Assembly: GCA_041686025.1 (NCBI GenBank)
Contig: JAWLEP010000021.1
Location: forward strand, 1 to 18,404
DNA: 18,404 bases
Source: Candidatus Fermentibacteraceae bacterium
GTDB taxonomy: Bacteria > Fermentibacterota > Fermentibacteria > Fermentibacterales > JCC-6
Direction: 5' to 3'
A program made the translations under genes and the position numbers. The notes under the pieces are model-generated. The model worked only from the letters and a program-made list of their open reading frames with translations, did not search any database and was not told the origin of the DNA. This document shows positions 14,692 through 18,404 of this stretch, piece by piece (within the stretch, counting starts at the first letter, position 1; each line of letters begins with the position of its first letter).

Positions 14692-15757
14692 ACGGCGGAA
14701 GGCGGCTGTGCCGACGGGTCTCCTGGCGGTCTCCCTGGTCTGCGTGCTGGCCTGCGGGCGCGGCGACGACAACGGCAGCGGAGAGCCCACGGAGGTGCAG
14801 GTGGCCGCCGCTGCCCGGGGAAGGGTGGCGGAGACCGTGGAGGCCAGCGCCCGTCTGGAGGCCGGGCGGGAGGCGCTGCTGTACGGGTCCGGCCGGGTGG
14901 TGGAGGTGGCCGCCAGCGAGGGCGACACCGTATCGGAGGGCCAGGTGCTGGTGGGCCTCTCCGGCGACGCGGCCGCCGCCGAGGCCATGCAGGCGGCGCG
15001 GATGGAGCTGGCGGCAGCCGAGACGGAGCTGGAGAACGCCCGCAGGGATCTGGAGAGGGCAGCGAGCCTGCACGCCGGCGGAGCGGTGAGCCTCCAGGAG
15101 CTGGAGGGGGCCGAGACCGCAGTGGAGGCGGCCCGGGCGGCCGTGGACGGCACCCGGGCACGGCTGGCCTCTGTGGAGGCATCCGCGGTGGCCTCCACCG
15201 TGACCGCCCCCTTCGACGGCGTTGTGGGGAGGGTCTGGGCCAGGAAGGGAGCGCTGGCCGGAGAGGCTCCTCTGGTCCAGCTGGTGAGCCGGGGAGCCCT
15301 GCAGGCCAGGCTCCTGCTTCCCAGAAGGTACGCCGGGCGCATCCGCACCGGCGCGGATGCCGCCTTCGCGGCTTCCGGCTCCTCCTTTCCGGAGCTGGCC
15401 GGATCGGTGGCCTCCGTGGCCGCCGGCCTCGACCCCGAGTCCGGCCTCCTCCCGGTGACCCTGACCTTCCCAGCCAGGCATGGGATACCGCCGGGCCTGA
15501 TGGGCGGGGCTTCGATAGTCACCAGGTCGGAGGACGATGTGCTGACGGTTCCCCGCGAGGCACTTCAGCGGACGGCCGACTGCTGCCGGGTGATGGTGGT
15601 TAGCGAAGGAGTGGCCCGGGTCCGCGAGGTGGTCACCGGCCTGGACGGGAACGGCCTGGTGGAGATACGGTCGGGCCTGGAGGCCGGCGAGACCGTGGTC
15701 ACCGGCTCCACCTCCTTCCCCTCCGACGGCGACAGCGTAACCGTGACCGAGGACTGA
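14684..15757 (+). CDS. RND efflux periplasmic adaptor (membrane fusion protein) 2, probable lipoprotein, 357 aa
   Basis: Lipobox-like VLA|C. 'EGDTVSEGQVLVGL', 'VTAPFDGVV', 'VPREAL' and 'VEIRSGLEAGETVV'. Overlaps the RND gene by 8 nt. Confidence 0.92.
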   Translation: MGRRRKAAVPTGLLAVSLVCVLACGRGDDNGSGEPTEVQVAAAARGRVAETVEASARLEAGREALLYGSGRVVEVAASEGDTVSEGQVLVGLSGDAAAAEAMQAARMELAAAETELENARRDLERAASLHAGGAVSLQELEGAETAVEAARAAVDGTRARLASVEASAVASTVTAPFDGVVGRVWARKGALAGEAPLVQLVSRGALQARLLLPRRYAGRIRTGADAAFAASGSSFPELAGSVASVAAGLDPESGLLPVTLTFPARHGIPPGLMGGASIVTRSEDDVLTVPREALQRTADCCRVMVVSEGVARVREVVTGLDGNGLVEIRSGLEAGETVVTGSTSFPSDGDSVTVTED

Positions 15758-15887
15758 CCCGGCAGCCCGCCGGGGATGACGGTCCTGGGCATCGGGGCCA
15801 GCTTGTGCTCCTGGGCAACATCGCATATACGTACAGCATCTTTTGAATGATACGCACCCACCGGCCGACACATACAGAAGGAGTGAG

Positions 15888-18356
15888 ATGAAAGCGCTTT
15901 CCTGCACAGCGGTTCTGCTGCTGGCGGCCGCCATCCCCGCCGTCTCCGCCGATCCCCCCCTGACCTACGATCTCCGCGACGTGGAGGGGGAGAGCTACGT
16001 GACCTCCGTCAAGACCCAGCAGGGCGGCACCTGCTGGACCCACGGCATCATGGCCTCCATGGAGGGCAACCTCCTGATGACGGGCAACTGGGAGGCCGCC
16101 GGGGAGATCGGCGAGCCCAGCCTGGCCGAGTACCACCTGGACTGGTGGAACGGGTTCAACCAGCACTACAACGAGGACATAGACCCGCCCTACGGGGGCC
16201 TGGAGGTGCACCAGGGCGGCGACTACATGGTGGGCTCGGCATACCTCACCAGGGGAGAGGGCGCGGTCCGCGACGAGGACGGCCAGTCCTACGGCAGCCC
16301 CCCGGACAGGTACGGCGAGAGCTACCACTACTACTACCCCCGGAACATCGAGTGGTACGTGGCAGGCGAGAGCCTGGAGAGCATCGACGTCATCAAGAAC
16401 GCCGTCATGGAGCACGGGGTCGTGGGGACCTGCATGTGCTACAGCTCGGCGTACATGGGCGCGGGCTACATACACTACCAGCCGCCGGGCAGCGCAGAGC
16501 TCCCCAACCATGCCATAGCCATAATCGGCTGGGACGACACCCTCTCCACCCAGGCCCCCTATCCCGGCGCCTGGCTCTGCAAGAACAGCTGGGGCGAGAG
16601 CTGGGGCCTGGACGGCTACTTCTGGATCTCCTACTACGACAAGTTCAGCTGCCAGGAGCCCTGGATGGGGGCGGTCTCCCACCAGGACGTGGAGCTCATG
16701 GATTACGACGACTTCTACTACCACGACTACCACGGCTGGCGGGACACCAAGGAAGACTCCGACGAGGCCTTCAACGCATTCGTGGCCGAGGACGACATGA
16801 TACTGCGCGGGGTGAGCTTCTTCACCGCCGCCGACAGCGTGGACTACACCGCAGTGGTCTACGACGACTTCGCCTCCGGCCAGCTCTCAGGCGAGCTGGC
16901 CTCCCACTCGGGTTTCTTCCAGAGGAGGGGGTTCCACACCGTTGACCTGGCCTCTCCGCCCACCCTGGATGAGGGCGAGGACTTCTACGTCTACCTCCAG
17001 CTCTCAGATGGCGGCCATCCCTACGACCGCACCTCCGACGTGCCCGTTCTCCTGGGCGCCAGCTACCGGGTGATAGTGGAGTCCAGCGCCTCCCCCGGCG
17101 AGAGCTGGTACCTGGACGGCTCCACCTGGCGCGACCTCTACGAATGGTCGGGCAACCCCTATCCCGAGACCGGCAACTTCTGCATCAAGGCCCTGGCGGA
17201 CTTCGCCGGGCTGACCGTCTCCCCCGGGACCGACCTTGCATGCATGGGTCCTCCCGGCGGGCCCTTCCAGCCCTCCTCCGGCGCCTACGAGCTGACCTAC
17301 AAGGGATCGGCCCCCATCGAGTACGAGGTGGAGCTGGAGGCCGGCAACCCCTGGGTGGAGCTTGCCGGTCCCACATCCGGCACCCTGGAGCCCTACGGCG
17401 AGGCGGTGGAGATAACGGCCCAGCTGACCTCGGCGGCGGACACCATGTCCGAGGGTACCTACAGCGCCACCGTGAGCTTCACGGACCTCACCGGCCACCA
17501 GGGCGACACCACCCGCGAGGTGGTCCTGGCGGTGGGCGACCCGCAGGTCCAGTACAGCTGGAACCTGGAGGACGACCCCGGCTGGGAGACCGAGAACGAC
17601 TGGGAGTTCGGCCAGCCCACCGGCGGCGGTGGCTCCCACGGCTGCCCCGATCCCACCTCCGGCTACACGGGCAGCAACGTCTACGGCTTCAACCTGCAGG
17701 GCGACTACGCCAACAACATGCCCGAGTACCATCTCACCGCCGGCCCCATCAACTGCCAGGGCCTCTACGGCGTGCAGCTGCGCTACCACCGCTGGCTGGG
17801 GGTGGAGACCCCCGAGTACGACCACGCCTACATCCGGGTGAGCACAGACGGCGAGACCTGGGACAACGTCTGGGAGAACGACGAGGAGATCGCCGACGGT
17901 CAGTGGGTGCTGGAGACCGTGGACCTCTCCGAGTATGCGGACAACCAGTACACCGTCTACCTCAGGTGGACCATGGGAACCACCGACGGCGGCTGGACCT
18001 ACTGCGGCTGGAACATCGACGACATCGAGATACTGGGAGTGGGGCAGACGGGCGTGGAGGGCGGCGGCACGCAGCCGGCCCGCCTGCAGGTGGCATCGGC
18101 CCCCAACCCCTTCGCCTCACAGGCCACCATCACCTACAGCCTGCCCTCGTCGGGCCACAGCTGCGTGGACATCTACGACATGAGCGGCCGGCTGGTGCGC
18201 AGGCTGTCCGACGGATGGGCCTCCGCCGGCCAGCACTCCATAGTGTGGAACGGAGCCGACGGCTCCTCCGCCCCGGCCGCGTCCGGAATCTACTTCGCCG
18301 TGGTGAGTGCGCCGGACGGCGGGTCGGCCACGCAGAAGCTGGTTCTTATCCGCTAG
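15888..18356 (+). CDS. Secreted papain-family (C1A) cysteine peptidase with a lectin-like domain, further beta-rich domains and a C-terminal FlgD-Ig/T9SS-like domain, 822 aa
   Basis: AAGGAG SD precedes ATG 15888. Signal peptide. Catalytic motifs 'VKTQQGGTCW' (Cys), 'NHAIAIIGWDD' (His) and 'WLCKNSWG' (Asn), plus 'GYFWISYYD'. The following region (N.F.A...L..VSF...GFHTVDL...GESW...GNFCIKA) resembles the C1-associated lectin-like domain. C-terminal 'PNPF...ITYSLP...IYDMSGRLVRRL...WNG.D...SGIYF...TQKLVLIR'. Confidence 0.93.
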   Translation: MKALSCTAVLLLAAAIPAVSADPPLTYDLRDVEGESYVTSVKTQQGGTCWTHGIMASMEGNLLMTGNWEAAGEIGEPSLAEYHLDWWNGFNQHYNEDIDPPYGGLEVHQGGDYMVGSAYLTRGEGAVRDEDGQSYGSPPDRYGESYHYYYPRNIEWYVAGESLESIDVIKNAVMEHGVVGTCMCYSSAYMGAGYIHYQPPGSAELPNHAIAIIGWDDTLSTQAPYPGAWLCKNSWGESWGLDGYFWISYYDKFSCQEPWMGAVSHQDVELMDYDDFYYHDYHGWRDTKEDSDEAFNAFVAEDDMILRGVSFFTAADSVDYTAVVYDDFASGQLSGELASHSGFFQRRGFHTVDLASPPTLDEGEDFYVYLQLSDGGHPYDRTSDVPVLLGASYRVIVESSASPGESWYLDGSTWRDLYEWSGNPYPETGNFCIKALADFAGLTVSPGTDLACMGPPGGPFQPSSGAYELTYKGSAPIEYEVELEAGNPWVELAGPTSGTLEPYGEAVEITAQLTSAADTMSEGTYSATVSFTDLTGHQGDTTREVVLAVGDPQVQYSWNLEDDPGWETENDWEFGQPTGGGGSHGCPDPTSGYTGSNVYGFNLQGDYANNMPEYHLTAGPINCQGLYGVQLRYHRWLGVETPEYDHAYIRVSTDGETWDNVWENDEEIADGQWVLETVDLSEYADNQYTVYLRWTMGTTDGGWTYCGWNIDDIEILGVGQTGVEGGGTQPARLQVASAPNPFASQATITYSLPSSGHSCVDIYDMSGRLVRRLSDGWASAGQHSIVWNGADGSSAPAASGIYFAVVSAPDGGSATQKLVLIR

Positions 18357-18363
18357 CGGACAG

Positions 18364-18395
18364 GCCGGCGGTCCGGGCGCGCCCGGGCCGCCGGC
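18364..18395 (+). terminator. Strong GC hairpin immediately downstream of the peptidase; probable terminator
   Basis: GCCGGCGGTCCGGG-CGCG-CCCGGGCCGCCGGC forms a 14-bp stem with one U-G pair on the plus strand, starting 7 nt after the stop. No clear U-tract before the window ends. Confidence 0.55.
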
Positions 18396-18404
18396 AGCCT
18401 TCGG

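Noticed and set aside
15758..15774. Small hairpin CCCGGC-AGCCC-GCCGGG right after MFP2
   Set aside because: A 6-bp GC stem without a U-tract is too likely by chance in this GC-rich sequence to call a terminator.
11332..15934. Very long antisense ORFs (855, 437, 490 and 448 aa) opposite the RND operon
   Set aside because: These are shadow ORFs expected from high-GC codon bias. They have no motifs, show low-complexity Arg/Pro/Gly/His composition and fully overlap well-supported genes.
1..18404. CRISPR arrays, tRNA/rRNA, transposases, phage or defence genes
   Set aside because: I saw no regularly spaced repeats, cloverleaf or rRNA-like segments, or relevant protein motifs, and nearly all sequence is accounted for by the listed CDSs.

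Overview
An 18.4-kb, visibly GC-rich, gene-dense bacterial segment with no RNA genes, CRISPR array or mobile element that I can recognise. In order, it holds: the 3' part of a MalG-type sugar ABC permease, a class I SAM methyltransferase and an unknown exported protein; a redox/stress block (flavodiiron protein FprA behind a palindromic operator, a decayed GGDEF fragment, a 4Fe-4S ferredoxin-domain protein); a secreted beta-propeller-like protein; a DUF89/ARMT1-like phosphatase; a lipoprotein plus a secreted MXAN_6640-like protein; an OsmC-family protein; a secreted beta-sandwich-like protein; a TetR - MFP - RND - MFP efflux operon; and a large secreted papain-family (C1A) protease. Four signals stand out. 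(1) Two unrelated secreted proteins end in the same short tail (SFxxTTWG[AS][VI]Kxx(x)[YF]-COOH), a candidate protein-sorting signal, alongside two other proteins with a T9SS/FlgD-Ig-like C-terminal domain. (2) The metalloprotease-like protein appears to have lost all its zinc ligands. (3) A GGDEF half-domain sits inside the fprA operon. (4) The RND pump is bracketed by two paralogous lipoprotein adaptors with no outer-membrane channel gene. The tail types suggest an FCB-associated candidate phylum such as Fermentibacterota (inference). All calls come from reading motifs by eye; no searches were run.
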